Below are positions 27,736-41,600 of a stretch of DNA of 64,000 bases, piece after piece. Numbering within the stretch: the stretch's first letter is position 1; every line of letters begins with the position of its first letter. The translations under genes and the position numbers were made by a program. The notes under the pieces are model-generated. The model did no database searches. It was not told the origin of the DNA and was given only the letters and a program-made list of their open reading frames with translations. The stretch is from Isurus oxyrinchus (taxonomy: Eukaryota). The stretch is from contig JANJGN010000034.1 of assembly GCA_026770705.1 (NCBI GenBank), forward strand, positions 4,092,001-4,156,000. Direction: 5' to 3'.

Positions 27736-30700
27736 TTCAGCTGTCTTTAGCAATTGCTCAACTTATCATTATTCTGCACTGAAATACTTTTGCTTAACCA
27801 TTCAGAACAGAAAAGGAACGGTGAAGGTTAGCAAATTTCGTTTTTTTGTTTGTTTTATGAGGAATGCATACAACACCTTTAGCCAGCAATCTGTTTCAAT
27901 TGTATTCATTGGCAAATTGACGAAAGATATTCTAGTATCAGCAATGATGTTTGTTTGAGAGGTCAAAGGCAGTGCGTTTTCTATCATTAATTGTTATTTG
28001 CTGGAAATATTCTTCATGGCAATATCCGAAGCGCAGATTGTATTCGCGCAACCACAAGCATTGGTGAAACAGTGAGTGTTGGATGATATGTTGAAATGTG
28101 TACCGTTAGCAAACGTGGTGTATTGTCAGCTAATTTCGGTAGCATGTCTGAATTTCAGAGCTTTAATCAATGAGGGTTTGGAACGAATTAAGGCTTCTGA
28201 GACATCAGAGCTAAAGGTGCATCAATTTGAAGTGGAAATGATGTTTCTGTCATCTTGTTACAACTGCGATGCAATGACTCAACTGTTGCCCAATTCAAGT
28301 TTAGCATACTCCAGGACTCGAAACTAATTTATGACGCTATAATGGTGTTTTTGATCCGCCCGAGTTAAGACCTTTGAGCTCTTATCCGTTTCGCTTCGAA
28401 CCTAAAATTAATTATTTTCCGAACTTTAAGCCTAGTTTTCATTTGAGATAAAATAATCCCACGGAATAATTTCTAAAATCGATGTGTAGCGCTACATTCT
28501 CAAAACCACTAACTAACAATATATCCAAACGCCTGTTCATCTGCAAAAAGTGCTTGATGCGTGATAATAATTAATTTCACCCTTGGAAGCAATTTGGGGA
28601 GATTCACTTGTTATTAATGACATCCGAAATAAGTGGAATGTGTTTTATTTCGTGTCTGATTCTTTACTAATAAACATCGCATGCTTCTTTCATGCAACAC
28701 TTCATGCTATGATCAACATAAAACGCTGCATTAGGCGAAATATGGCCAACAATAAGTTACTAACTTGATTAAATAAGCCAATGATTCCCAATATTCCTAA
28801 AAACGTCATCGTTTCTGAAGCAACCTTAATTTGAAGAATTTCTGGCAGAACCGATGCCCCTGAAGAGCGAAATCATTGCTTAATGGTTATCATTGTCCTC
28901 AAGCAGTGCCTTTGAATGTCAGGTTGACGTTGTATAGCCTGCTATGATGCCAAATTACATTTAGATATTCTTGCCTTGAAGGTTGATTTGGCTATTAACA
29001 AATGTACGGTTTACTCTCACAGAAATCACAAAATTCCAGGCAGGTAATGCAATAATTTTTCGCTATCAAGAATATGTGCTTGATTAATGAACTGCTCATC
29101 TGTTATTATGGAGGGAGAGAGAGAGTGAGAGAGAGAGAGAGAAAGATAGACGTAGAGAGAGAGAGAGAGAGACGGAGAGAGAGAGAGAGAGAGAGAGGGA
29201 GAGTTCCTCAAACTGACAGATGAATCGGAAGAATCATATCATTGCCAACCATGAACCGCAGGCTTTGATCTCAACCACTTGATGAATAATTTGACAAAAT
29301 GAATCTTGACGCCTCATTAAAGCATTGTCCTGCGTTGGTTTCTGTGTCGATGCTTTCTGATCATTCCAAAATCGTCAATATTTCTGGAGGGAAATACATT
29401 TTTGTTTCTCCCTAATATGCATCAAAGCTAAAGAAGGATGGCGAAGGTAGCGCATATCAATTTAGGTTTATATAACAACTGCATAAAACATGATTGGCAA
29501 GCAAGCTGTTTCAGGTTTATCTATTCCTCAATTTGACGAATAAAATTCCAGTATCTGCAAAGATTTTTAAATCGGAGGTCATAGGCAATGCGTTTCCCCT
29601 TCCTAATGATGAACTGCAGGGAGTTCCTGCCCATAAACTTCCAAAGTAGGGAAGCATTTGCGCAACTGACAATCATTCATGGTGCAAGTGGAGGAGGACG
29701 TGATGTTCAGCTGTGGCTCATCACCACAAATGCATTAAATCGACTGTTAATTTTATAACTTTTTCGAACAGCAGAGCGTAAACAAAATAAGTGATTGGAC
29801 AAAGCTTAGATCTTTGGAGGCATTGCAATAAAATGTTAATGAAGTTCAACTGAAACCAATGTTTGTGACTTTTTTTAATTCAACTGGTTGGGCAAAGATG
29901 AGACTGTTGTCTATATCATTCTGGCATAATGAGCACATGCTGAAGTTGTTTGACCTGTTTAACGTGGACATGAGACTTCTGTTTTCTATTTCACAGCATT
30001 GTGATATAACATGTTGTGACTTTGACAAGAAGCCTTTTAATATTGTTGCAAGTGAGGTAAAATGATAGTTGGACCTAAAGCCTGGAGAAGGCCGATTTCG
30101 ACTGGAGAGCCAACAACAGTCTTTAGTGGAATACATGGAAATGAAAAATAATTTATCGTTTGGCAGCAACTTACGGGATAAGTGTTTTCTGCTTCTAAGT
30201 GATGCTAGCTTATTTGAACTTATTAGTGCACAACTTGAGATGGGATAGCAATTAATGACACAACAAAGTTTGGAATTAAATTGGACGGACTAGAATGCGA
30301 TGAAATAGCACTGTTCAAAAGGCGTTCCATCTTCTATGCTGGATAAATTGGCCCTGTAGTGACACTAGAAAAATCCACGTAAAATTTGCATTTGATGTGA
30401 GAAATGCTGTACAGTATGAGCTACATGGTTTCGAGGGTATGAACGCCAGACAAACTTGTATGAATCTTTAGAATATCTGTGACGAGCAATATTCTTTAAC
30501 AGAGACTGCCAAGATGAAAATTCCTCAGTTCACAACAGTCTATTGGCTTTCAGATTGTATGTGTTCACTGCACTGTTCGAAAATCTTCTAGATCTGGAAT
30601 GCAGGCATCATATAGAATGCAAATTATTGACCAGAAACTCAGATAATTCTGCCCTTGGAAGTCCCATGTCTGGCAGCTGATGTTTTGGCAGTGATTGGCT

Positions 30701-31209
30701 CAGAACGGTTATCAATTAAGTGAAAACCGAAAAACAGCAGTGATCTGGTCATTTGATGCATTGTTAAAATCACCCTTGCTATTTTTTTTGAAAAGGAGAA
30801 GGCACAGGTATACGGAACTAATGGCCGTCCATATGGGAGGTGAAGAATTATGTTGTTAATCGAAGATATGTGTACTGTGTGAATTTGATCTGGCTATTCA
30901 CATGTGCATTGTTATCTCTCGCAGAAGTGACAAAATGTCAAGATGGTAAGGCAATAATTTCATGTATGCATTTCCCTGTAATTGATATTTGAGCAAGACA
31001 TTAAGTGTTGATGAGGCGGGGTGGGGTGTGCAGGATTGTGGGTGATGGAGGGGGGTGATAGAGAGAGTGAGATACAAGAGAGAGAATTAGAGAGACAGAG
31101 AGACAGAAAGAGTGAGATCGAAAGATCTTTGCAGTAATGGAAAAACATAAGAAGCGTGTGGTTACCCATATTCTTCCTATAGCTTGAAGTGAAGTCGCTT
31201 AATCAAACT

Positions 31210-32960
31210 GTGGAAGCTTTAAAACAGGACTACTTGCATGCCAAACAACATAAGCAACAGATGATAGACAGAGCTAACCAACATGATAACTAATCGATCA
31301 AATGGATCCTCCGCAGTCCTGTGTCATCCAGCCATGAATGGTGTTGGACAATAAACAACATCGCTGGACTTGTGGCTTCACTAATATCCCCATCTTCAAT
31401 AATGTAATAGTTCAGCAGAGCAATGCAAGTATTACTTATTAAGGCCGCAGCAGTCGCAACAATCTTTAGCGAGAATTGTTGAGTGCAGGATCCAACTCCG
31501 CCTCTCCGGAGGTCCCCAGCATGACATTTACCAGTCTAAAGGCAATTCGATAGAGCTTGGCCTAATTAGCCACGTGGTTTTGGTACTGCGTTTCTAACCC
31601 CAAGATCAAGAGTTCAAATCTCACAATGGCAAACTATGAAACAATGTAACTTCATCTGAAACAGATGGAAAGGATTTGTGTTTGAAAGAGTTACTTCAAG
31701 AAGGATTGAATGCACCTGACACTGCAAATACTTTTGGCACTGACAAAGTTCCGGCAATTGTACTGAAGTCTTCTGCTCCAAAACTTGCAGCACACCTAGC
31801 AGATTTATTCCATACAGCGAAAAACACCAGCATCTATAAGCTGTGTGGAAAATCGCCCATGCATAGCCTGTAAACAGAAATCAGGGCAAGTCCAAGCCTG
31901 CCAATTACTGTCCCATCAGTGTACCCTCGATCATCGGTTAAGTAATGGAAGGGGTCACCAACAATACTATCAAGCGTCAATTGCTTTGGAATAACCCGCT
32001 CAATGAACACCAGTTTTGCATCTTTACAGGGCTGCAAATCTCTTGAGCTCGCTACAGCAGTTGTTCAAACATGGTCAAAGAACTGAACTCCCGAAGTGAG
32101 TTGTGAGTCGCCGTTGACAACAAGGCTGCATTTGACCGAGTGTGGCATCAAGGAGCCCTAGCCAAACTGGAAGCAATGGGAATCGGGGGGAGGGGGGGGG
32201 GGTGTTGTGGCGGGGGGGGGGGGGAATTTTTAGATTTTTGGATCCATACCTAGCACAAAGGAATTTGGTTGTGGTTCTTGGGATTCAGTCATATCAGCTC
32301 CAGGACAGCACTGCAGGTTTCCCTCAGCGCACTGTCCCAGAATCAACAGTCTTCAGCTACTTCATCGATGCTCCTCCTTCAATCAAAAGGTCAGAATTGG
32401 GGATGTTCGGTGATGATTGCACGCTTTTCAGCAACATTAACGACTCCTCGGATACTGAAGCAGCCCATGTCCAAATGCAACAAGACCTTGAAAATAACCA
32501 TGTTTTGGCTGACAAATGGAAATTAACATTCACACCTCAATAGTGTCAGACAGTTGACCACCTGCAGCTAGTGAGATCCAAACCATTGGTGCTGGATGCT
32601 CCACGACATTTCCATCAATGGTGTTTACCATTGCTCAAAAGGGTTTCCGGGCGAACCATATAAATATGCTGGATACAAGAGCAGGTTAGTGTCCAGGAAC
32701 CGGGCAACGAGTAACTAGCCTCCTGTTTACCCAAATCCCGTCCACCATCTACAAGAAACACGTCAGGAATCTGATTTAATACTTGTCATTGTCTACCTGA
32801 ATGCAGCTCATATATTATTGGAGAAGACGAAAACAGTCCAGGACAAATCAGTTCACTTGATTGGCAACACAGACATAAACATTCACTCCTTCCACGACCG
32901 ACACACATTAGCAGCAGTGAAACACATTTACATGATACAATGCAGGAATTCAACATGAAG
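31210..32960 (+). mobile_element. CR1-type LINE fragment (contains a SINE)
   Basis: ORF 32142-32543 'YLAQRNLVVVLG.QS...GMFGDDCTLF..QMQQDLEN...ADKWKLTF'. Confidence 0.93.
31552..31705 (+). mobile_element. tRNA-derived SINE-like insertion inside CR1
   Basis: A-box-like TAGCCACGTGG (31567-31577) and B-box GTTCAAATC (31612-31620). Absent from the homologous site in the other CR1 copies. Confidence 0.65.
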
Positions 32961-35900
32961 CATGAAGCTGAAATATAATTTGCTGTTTAGAAGAAACTTA
33001 TGGATCAATTGTTTGATCTACCTTGGTGATGCAAGCTCAGTTGAGGTTTACATCACAGAATGTGAGATGAGTTCGCTGTTAATAATGCCAGGAACGTCGG
33101 GGCCTGAGCGGAAAATTGGACTGCGTGCAACTATGGGGAAGTGGGATATGTCAAAATTATTTAACCAGCTGCAATGCCAATTAGCCCTGAGGGGAACTCT
33201 CCAAATATCAATCATCAGTCCATATTCGATGCGAAAATGATACACAGTGTGAACTACAAAATTCAGGCTGTGATGACCCAAGTCAACCTTGCATTAATCG
33301 TTAGACTATATGATACCAGTAATTAGGTATAACAAAAATTGTGGAACAGAAAACACTTTAATGGATCTGGACTTTTGATTATTGTAACCTCATGCCCTTC
33401 TGCTCATGTGTATTGAGTCAAATATTCCAAAAGCATGAGTTTCAGGAATGCAGGCACATAACCGGAAATACCCCTTAAAATTCAGAATCGCAGAGCATTT
33501 TGAAACTCGATAGCAACTATTCATAGCCTATGGAGTTTCAGCACTGCATGATTTTTCAGCATCAAAATACTTTGCAATCCAGATTTCAGAAATCATCAGT
33601 GAATTTGATTTCTTGGATATGCTCCCATGCCTATCGTTTGAAAAACAGAGGACACAGATAAAAGAAGCTGATGAAAATTAAGTGAAGCTTCATATGTTAA
33701 TTATATTGGTCATTTCGATCTAAGCACGGCAATTGAATAATTTGATTCTGGACGTGTCATTTTGCAATTCCAAATGTCCTATTACAAATATTTGGGTCGA
33801 AGGTAGTCTACCCAAATATTGGTTCACGGCCTAGTCTATTGTAGAATGGTTGAAAAATTCCAGAATATGAATGGAATCAGCAAGGCTTACATCTTGAATT
33901 GTCCCCACTGAATGACATTGAATGTGGATTGAGAATGCTTTGAGGTTCAAGAAGGTTTTACCAATCTGCATTATTTCCCCTCAACACCTTTTAATGTCCT
34001 CCTGCCTTGGAAAACGTTGAACAGATATTAATTTATTTTGTAACTTAAATTGTTATTCTTCTGACCATGAAGTCGGGAAGTCTTGATTTCATATAATGAC
34101 AAGAGACACTTCCAAAGTAATTTCGAAAATGCCTGTATTATGATACATTTGAAAGGCTATTACCTAGTAATATAGAGAAACACCTGATCGTCTGTGCCAA
34201 TACAGGACAAGGTGATCTGATTCCAAATTTTCTTTTATTGAAATTATTGATGCCGTTTTTTAAGATTAATCTTATTATAAATAATAATCAGTCCCAATTG
34301 AGGCTGTAGTTTTTCGCTGTGTATGACTCTACAACGACAAGCAACGTCACATTACTGAAACATGTACACGTTTTGACGCAAATGAAACGCTGTATTTAGG
34401 AAAGTATGATGTAAATTACGTTGGCAAATTGTGAATTAGACGGACAATTCCATAAATACTTCCAGGCATCTGTCAAGTTGAAGCTTAGGTGCTTAAAATA
34501 CGTCTGGCTGAATCACGCCACGGAAATCCAAAACATTACTTCATCTGTAATAAATGGCATGCAACTGGGCCACTGAATGTAAGCTTGAAATGAGCTGGCC
34601 TGATAACTCAGCAGAATTGAGATGTTGATACGTTGTCGGGTCGATTTGGATATTCACATGTAAACTTTTTACCCTCACTGAACCGTTAGAATGCTATGAA
34701 TTAACACAACACCTTTGCATTTCCATGTCTATGTAAGTTACTTTTGAGCAATACGCCTGATATTATTGAGAGAGAGAAAGTGAGAGAGAAAGAGAGTGAG
34801 AGAGTATATGTGTTATGTGTGAGAGAGACAGAGAAGGCCCGGGGTCGGGGGGGGCGGTGGTGTGGTGCGGGGGGGTGGAATTGGTGGAGGGTGTTGGGCA
34901 CTGTACCAGAGAAATTACCCGAAGTGAAGACCCAGCTCGAAGACTGAAATGGTTGACAGTGCAGGCCTCTTGCGTTTTACCACAACTTGCACAAATTGTC
35001 AAAACACAGCGTGACACCTGGTGAAAGCAATCCCCCATGCGTCTGCCTTCTTTTGATGTGCCGGCTATTGGTTAATTGAAATTATATGTGGAGCCGCTTT
35101 CATAATGTATCACTTTTTCACATTCAGCGCTAAAGGAGAAGGGAATTCTGATGGACAAAACAGTGTTTATACAAATAAAAATAAGCATAAACACCGTTGG
35201 CTACCAATTTCTTTGAAATGTATGCGTTGGTCACAGTGACGAAGTGCTTTCCAATATCTAGAATGGTGTTTGCCATTGGCATCAAAAGCAATGCCTCGTC
35301 AATTCGTAATGGTTATTTGCTGGAACATTACGCTCATCAGTTTCCAACTGACAAACAATGATGAGGCAGGGGAAGATGAGCATGATATTGAGAATTGTAT
35401 CCCCAAAATACAGTGCGAACTGGCCGGTAATCGTCACAAAAGTTATGATTTCCAGAGCTAAATCAGATAAAGGATTGGACAAAGCTCATAGGTTTGGAGG
35501 CATCAGAGGAAAACGTACATGAATACCAGGAGAAACTAATTTTTCTGACAAGATTGCAAGAGCTGTGTGTGCAAAGAGTAAACTGTCGCTCAATTCATCT
35601 CGAGCATAAAGAGAATTGGTACTCTGGAGGATAATCTCTTTCAGGTTATAAAGGGGGAAATGCTTTCTTCCATTTATTAGCAGCGCAATATATTAATCTA
35701 TGTGATTGTCAAACTGCCATTTGCATGATGGCAAGTCAGGAAAATATGATAGTAGGCTTTAAATCCTAGATTTATTAGAAACAGGCTTCAATTGGAAGGG
35801 CAACAACACACATGTCAGGTGATGTTTTATGCTATAAATTAAATTAGTTATATTGTTCTGGGCACATCAATTGAAAGAACTTTTACAAATGGTGCCATAA

Positions 35901-38900
35901 TGCTTTGCCATATGGAGGTTGAGAAATATTTGTTTGGGACACATAAAGCCTCAATTCATGGAATGGCAGTGTAAGGGCGTTTGAACATTGGAAAGTTAAG
36001 TCCCAGCATATGACTGGAGTGAGTTAGGGCTTCAAAAATGTTCATCCCCGTTGAATAACACTGATAGTGGATTTGAATGTCTGGATTTCAAACATCCTAT
36101 TCCAGAATCCAAAACCCATTAACGATGCTTCGACGGTGTTCCAGATATTTCGGAGGATACCAAGGAACACTTGACTTTTTCCTTTCGAAACTAAAATTAC
36201 ATTTTACTTCAAACTTTAATGCTAGTTATCATTTGATGATAACAGATTCTCACAAAATACTTTCTAAAATCAACGTGTCATGCTACATGTTCAAGAGTGG
36301 TAACTAATAATTTAGCCAAACACCTGATGACCTGCAAAAATATAACACAATATATCTTGATGCGTGATGATGATTGATTACACTACTGGAAGCAGTTTGT
36401 AGAGGTTCATGAAATTATTAATAACATACAGAATAAGTGGATTTTGTTTTTGATTCTTCAACAACAAGTGACGCCGCTGCAAAACAACATTTCTATTTTT
36501 GGCATGCATCAAAATCTTCTTTAGGCGAAGTATGGCGGACCAGACATTACTAAATTGATTAAAAAGCTGCTGTTCCCCATATTCGCACAAACAGCAATAA
36601 CGTTTTTCAAGTTCCATTCATTGGAAAGGTTTCTGACAGAAAAGTTCCCCCAAACAGAGAGATCATTGTTTAAGCTTTGCCAATGACCTCGAGCTGTGTC
36701 TGCCAATGTAAGCTTGACATGATTGGCCAGATATGATAGCAAATTACAGTTGTGCTATGCGTACCATGCCAAGTTTATTCGGAATGTTCACAAGTGTACT
36801 GTTAACTTTCATAGATCTCACAAAATGCCAGGCAGGTAATGCATTAATATTCTGTTTCCATGACTATGCAATTGACTTTTGAACAGCTCACCTGGTATAA
36901 TTGAGATACAGAGAGAGAGAGAGAGAGAGAGGCGGAGAGAGAGAGAGAGAGAGTGAGATCCTCACTGGGAGGAATAAATTGGTAGACACCTATGATTGCC
37001 AGTGCTGATCCAAAGTCTTATAAATTTGTCTCTTCATGAATAAAGTGACAAAACGATGCTTCAATCCTCAGCAAAAAGGTGTTTCGTGTTTGCTTCTGCT
37101 GTAGATGTTCTCTAGTCATAACACAATCAGAAATACACGTTGAGCAAAATACAATATTTGATCCATGTTTGTCCTTCAGAGCTAAAGAATAAGGAGGACA
37201 GTAAGAATATTTCCATCTTATTATTAAATACTTACTGCATATAACACGGTTGGCGAGAAATGTGTTTCAAGTTTTGCGAATGGTCATATTAATATATAAC
37301 CTGCCATTAACCTAAATGATATTTGAGTAAGAGGAAAAGGGAAATGCGTTTTCGCTTCCTCATAACTAACTTCAGGAAATTTATGTCAGCCAATATCACA
37401 AGCAAAGAGAGGAGGGCGTGATGTAGAACTGTGTGTCCTCTCAACCCATGTGGATAATTGTTTATTCATTTTATAATGTTTCTGAATAGCAAAGCATTAA
37501 CGAAATAAGAGGTTGGGCAACGTTCAGGTCATCAGAGGCATTAGAGTTAAAGTTTCATGAAGTTGAAGCGAAATCAATGCTTGTGAATCTTTGATTCAAT
37601 TAGTTTGGGCAAAGGAACGCCTGTAGCGTATAAGAAGCAGATGTTGAATTGGGAACACCTGTTTAAAGTGGAAACGAGAATAGTGTTCTCAATTTCACTG
37701 TATTGTCATGTAATATATTCTGACTTTTTCATGAAGCCTTTTACCTTGGTCGTAAATGTAGTAAAATGATGGTGCTACATACAACCAGGAGAACGTCAAA
37801 TTCGTCTGGAGAAACAACAAAACTGCCTTTAGTGGAATTCGGCACATGGAGTTCAAAAACAAGTTGCACTTCGCCAGGGAGTAAAGGGTCAAGTGTTTTA
37901 TGTTTCTTGGTGATGCTGACTCATTTGAGTTAACACTGCAGAACTTCAGATTATACAGTTATTAATGATACGATAAACGTCCGGGCATAAGCAGGAAATT
38001 GGGCTGCCTGAAATGATGTGGAGCAGCAATGTTCAGAAGGCGTTCCAACTGCTGCACTGGAAAATTAGGTCCTGCAACTCTATAATAATCAATCAAACAT
38101 TTACATTTGAAGCGGGAAAGGATGCACGGTAAGAGCTACATTACTTAGTGATTATGAATACCAGACAATCTTGTGTCAAACGTTTCAATATATGTTACGA
38201 GCAACATTATTAAACAGAGATTGTCAAGCAGATAATACATTAGTGGAGACTAGAGTCTTGGCTTTCAGCTTGTGTGAGCGTTTACTCGATGGTTCTAAAA
38301 GCTTGTCGTGCAGGAATGCCAGCGTCATATGGAACTGCACATGGATATCCAGCAGCCAAGAGAAGTCCGAACCTCGAAACCCTGTGACTAGCACCTGCTG
38401 TTTCGGCAGTTATTGGCTTAAAATTATGTGCAAACATAGAAAGTGCAGTGATACGGTAATTTTTATATATTGGACAAAGCACCAACTTCTACCTTTTCAA
38501 AAACAGTTGGTACAAGTATCAGAAACTAATGACAGCCCAGATGTGAGGTGAATAAGAATGTTGTTAATCTGAGATATGGGAACTGTCTGAGTTTGAATTG
38601 GCTGTTCACAAGTATACTGTTAACCCTTACAGAGCTGAAAAAATGTCAAGATGGTAAGGCAGTAACTTCATGTTGGCTTTACTCTTTAAATGGCATTTGA
38701 CCAAGACATAAAGCATTGCACGGGTGAGACAGCAAGAGCGAGAGAGCGAGAGAGAGAGAGAGAGAGATAGACAGCAGACAGACAGACGGAGAAACAGAGA
38801 GATAGAGAGATAGATAGATATAGAGAAAGAGCAGAAAGACTGAAGACAGAAAGAGCGAGAAGGATAATTGCAGTGATGGGCAAAATGTAAGAAAAGCGTG

Positions 38901-38949
38901 ATTGCCCATCTTGTTCTCTTGGCTTTAAGTGAACTCGCTTCATGAACCT

Positions 38950-40922
38950 AATGAGGCATTGGAAGAGGACTGATTGTGTGCCGAACAACATAAGCAGTAA
39001 ATGATAGACAGAGTTAAGCGATGCAACAAACAACAGGTCAAAGCTTTGCTCTGCTGTCCTCCCAGATCTAGTTGTGAATGATGTTGGGCAATAATGCAGC
39101 ACAATGACGGAGGTGGCTCCACGAATATCCCTATCATCAGTGATGGAATATCCCAGGACAGCAGTGCAAAAAATAATGCTGAAGAATTTGCATCAAACTT
39201 CAGCCAGAAATGCCAGAAGGATGATCCATCTCGGCCTCCCCAGGAGGTCCCCAGCATCATAGATGCCAGTCTAAAGCCAATTCGATTCAGTCCACGTGAT
39301 ATCAAGAAGCAACTGAATGCATTGGATGCTCCAATGGCTCTGGGCCCAGATAACACTCGTGCAATTGCACTGAAGGCTTGTGCTGCTGGCTACAGCACAT
39401 ACGACCAATCTGATCAAATACATATACAACAATGCCATCTACCCGCCTGTATGGAAAGTCGCCCAAGTTTATCATGTCAACAACAAGCAGAATAAGCCCA
39501 ACCCGCCAAATTAACGCCCCATTAGACTACTCTCGATCATCTGATAAGTCATGGAAAGGTTCACCAATAGTGCTATCAAACAGCACTTGCCTAGCAATAA
39601 CACTCACTAAAGCCCAGTTTGGGTTCCTCCAGGGCTATTCAGCTCCTAACCTCGCTACAGCCATGGGTGATACACGGTCAAATGGACTGAGCTCCATAAG
39701 TCTGTTGAGAGTAACACCCTTGAATTCAAGGCAGCATTTGAACGAGAGTGTCATCAAGGAGCCCTAGCAAAACTGGAGTCAAGGGAATCAGGGGGTAAAT
39801 TTACTTTGGTTGGAGTCAAACATAGCACAGAGGCAGAAGGCAATGATTCTTGGAAGTCGTCATCTCAACTTCAGACAGCACCACAGAAGTTCTTTAGCGT
39901 GGTTTCCGACGCTCAAGTGTCTTCAGCTGCTTCAGCAATGCATTTCGTTTCATCAAAGGCTCAGAAGTGAGGATGTTAGGAGATGATTGCACAATTTTTA
40001 GCAGAATTCACGACTCATCAGATAGGGACGCAGCCCACGTCCAGCAAAACTTGGACAATATCCAGGTTTGGGCTGACAAGTGTCATGTTACATTGGCACG
40101 CAATAACGTCAGGCAAATTCCGTCACCAACAAGAGAGCATTCCAACAGCGACCCTTGATGTGAAATGGCATTTCTATCACTGGGTGTTATCATTGATCTG
40201 AATGATTACTGGGCTAGCCATATAAAGAGAGTGGCTACAACAGAAGGTCAGAGGCTAGGAACCGTATAGCGATTAACATGCCTCCTGACTGGCCAAAGCC
40301 TTTCCACCATCTACAGGCACAAGTCAGGCATGTGATGGAATAATTCCCACTTGCCTGGATGAATACTGTGGATATAACACGGGAGAAGGTACACACCATC
40401 CAGGACAAAGCAGTCTACATGATTAGCAAAACATCCATAAATATTTACTTTGTCCAGCACCAATGCACAGTAACAGTGGTGAGAACCATTTACATGATAC
40501 ACTGCATGATCACAGCTTTTGTCACGCGTCAGCGCTGACTCGATGGGCCGAAGGACATGCTCTGCATTGTGCAATTCTGTGATTGTGTGAATTCACCAAG
40601 ACTCCTTAGACAGCACCTTCCAAACCCACAACCAGGACCAACACGATGGACAAAGGCAGCATGTGGTGAAAAAAGCTAAACTTGTAAGTTCCACTCCAAG
40701 TCACATAACATCCTGACTTCTAAATATATCACTGTTCCTTCACTGACTCCGGGTAAAAAGCCTGGAACCCCCTGACTCACAGCTCTGTGGATGGACCAAT
40801 ACCACATGAAGTGCAACAGTTCAAGAAGGCAGCTCACCACCACGTTCTTAAGGGGAACGGTTTAGATAAAATAAACACTGGCGCTAGGCAGCAAAGCCTA
40901 AATCCCGAGGGTGAACAAGACG
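38950..40922 (+). mobile_element. CR1-type LINE, 5'-truncated
   Basis: ORFs 39094-39495 'IRFSPRDIKKQLNALD..ALGPDN', 39432-39767 'AQFGFLQGYSAP' and 39967 'MLGDDCTIF'. Confidence 0.95.
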
Positions 40923-41253
40923 AAAGAACCATATTGCCAAACGTAGAATGCCACCTGGCCAAAGCTGCCTGTCCTGTATTTTTCTATTGTCTGTCCTTGG
41001 TAATTGTTCAATCTCAAATAAATCTGGACTGAAAAACATTTTTATTTTTGTTTTAACCATTCAGACCTGAAAGTGAAGGAGGAAGGTTAGGACATTACAG
41101 TTTTTTTTTTATGACGAATGCATGCAACACCTTTAGCGAGCAACTAAACTTTCATCATTGATAAAATTAACGAATGATATTCCAGTATCCACATTGATGT
41201 TTGTTTCAAACGTCATTGGCAGTGCATTTTCTCTCCCTAATGATTATTTCCAG

Positions 41254-41600
41254 GAGATTTCTTCATGCCAGCTTCTGAGGCGAGGATTGTGCTGGCCCAA
41301 CAACTAGAAACGACGAAACAGGGATTTTTGGACGAGATGGGGAAATGTGTTTGGTTATCAAAATGCGGGGCAGTGACAGCTAATTTATATAGCATGTCAC
41401 AATACTAGATCTTAAATCGGATGAGGGTTGGGAACGAGTTAAATGTTCGGGAGGCATCAGAGTTAACACGGGATCAATCTGTAGAGGAAACGATGTTTGT
41501 GTTATTCTTGCTGCAACTGGCTCTGCAAACATTCGACTCTTTCCAAGTTCAGGTTCATCATAATAGAGACACGTTGAAGGATGATCATTTCTTCAACGTG
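41254..41600 (+). pseudogene. Putative ~340-nt exon relic (possibly V-type Ig domain)
   Basis: Preceded by ttttctctccCTAATgattatttcCAG. Reads ~115 codons in phase 1 with one stop. The domain assignment is weak. Confidence 0.25.

Noticed and set aside
31559-31632. Functional tRNA-Arg gene
   Set aside because: The stems pair poorly, and it is embedded in a LINE with a non-tRNA tail, so a SINE head is more likely.
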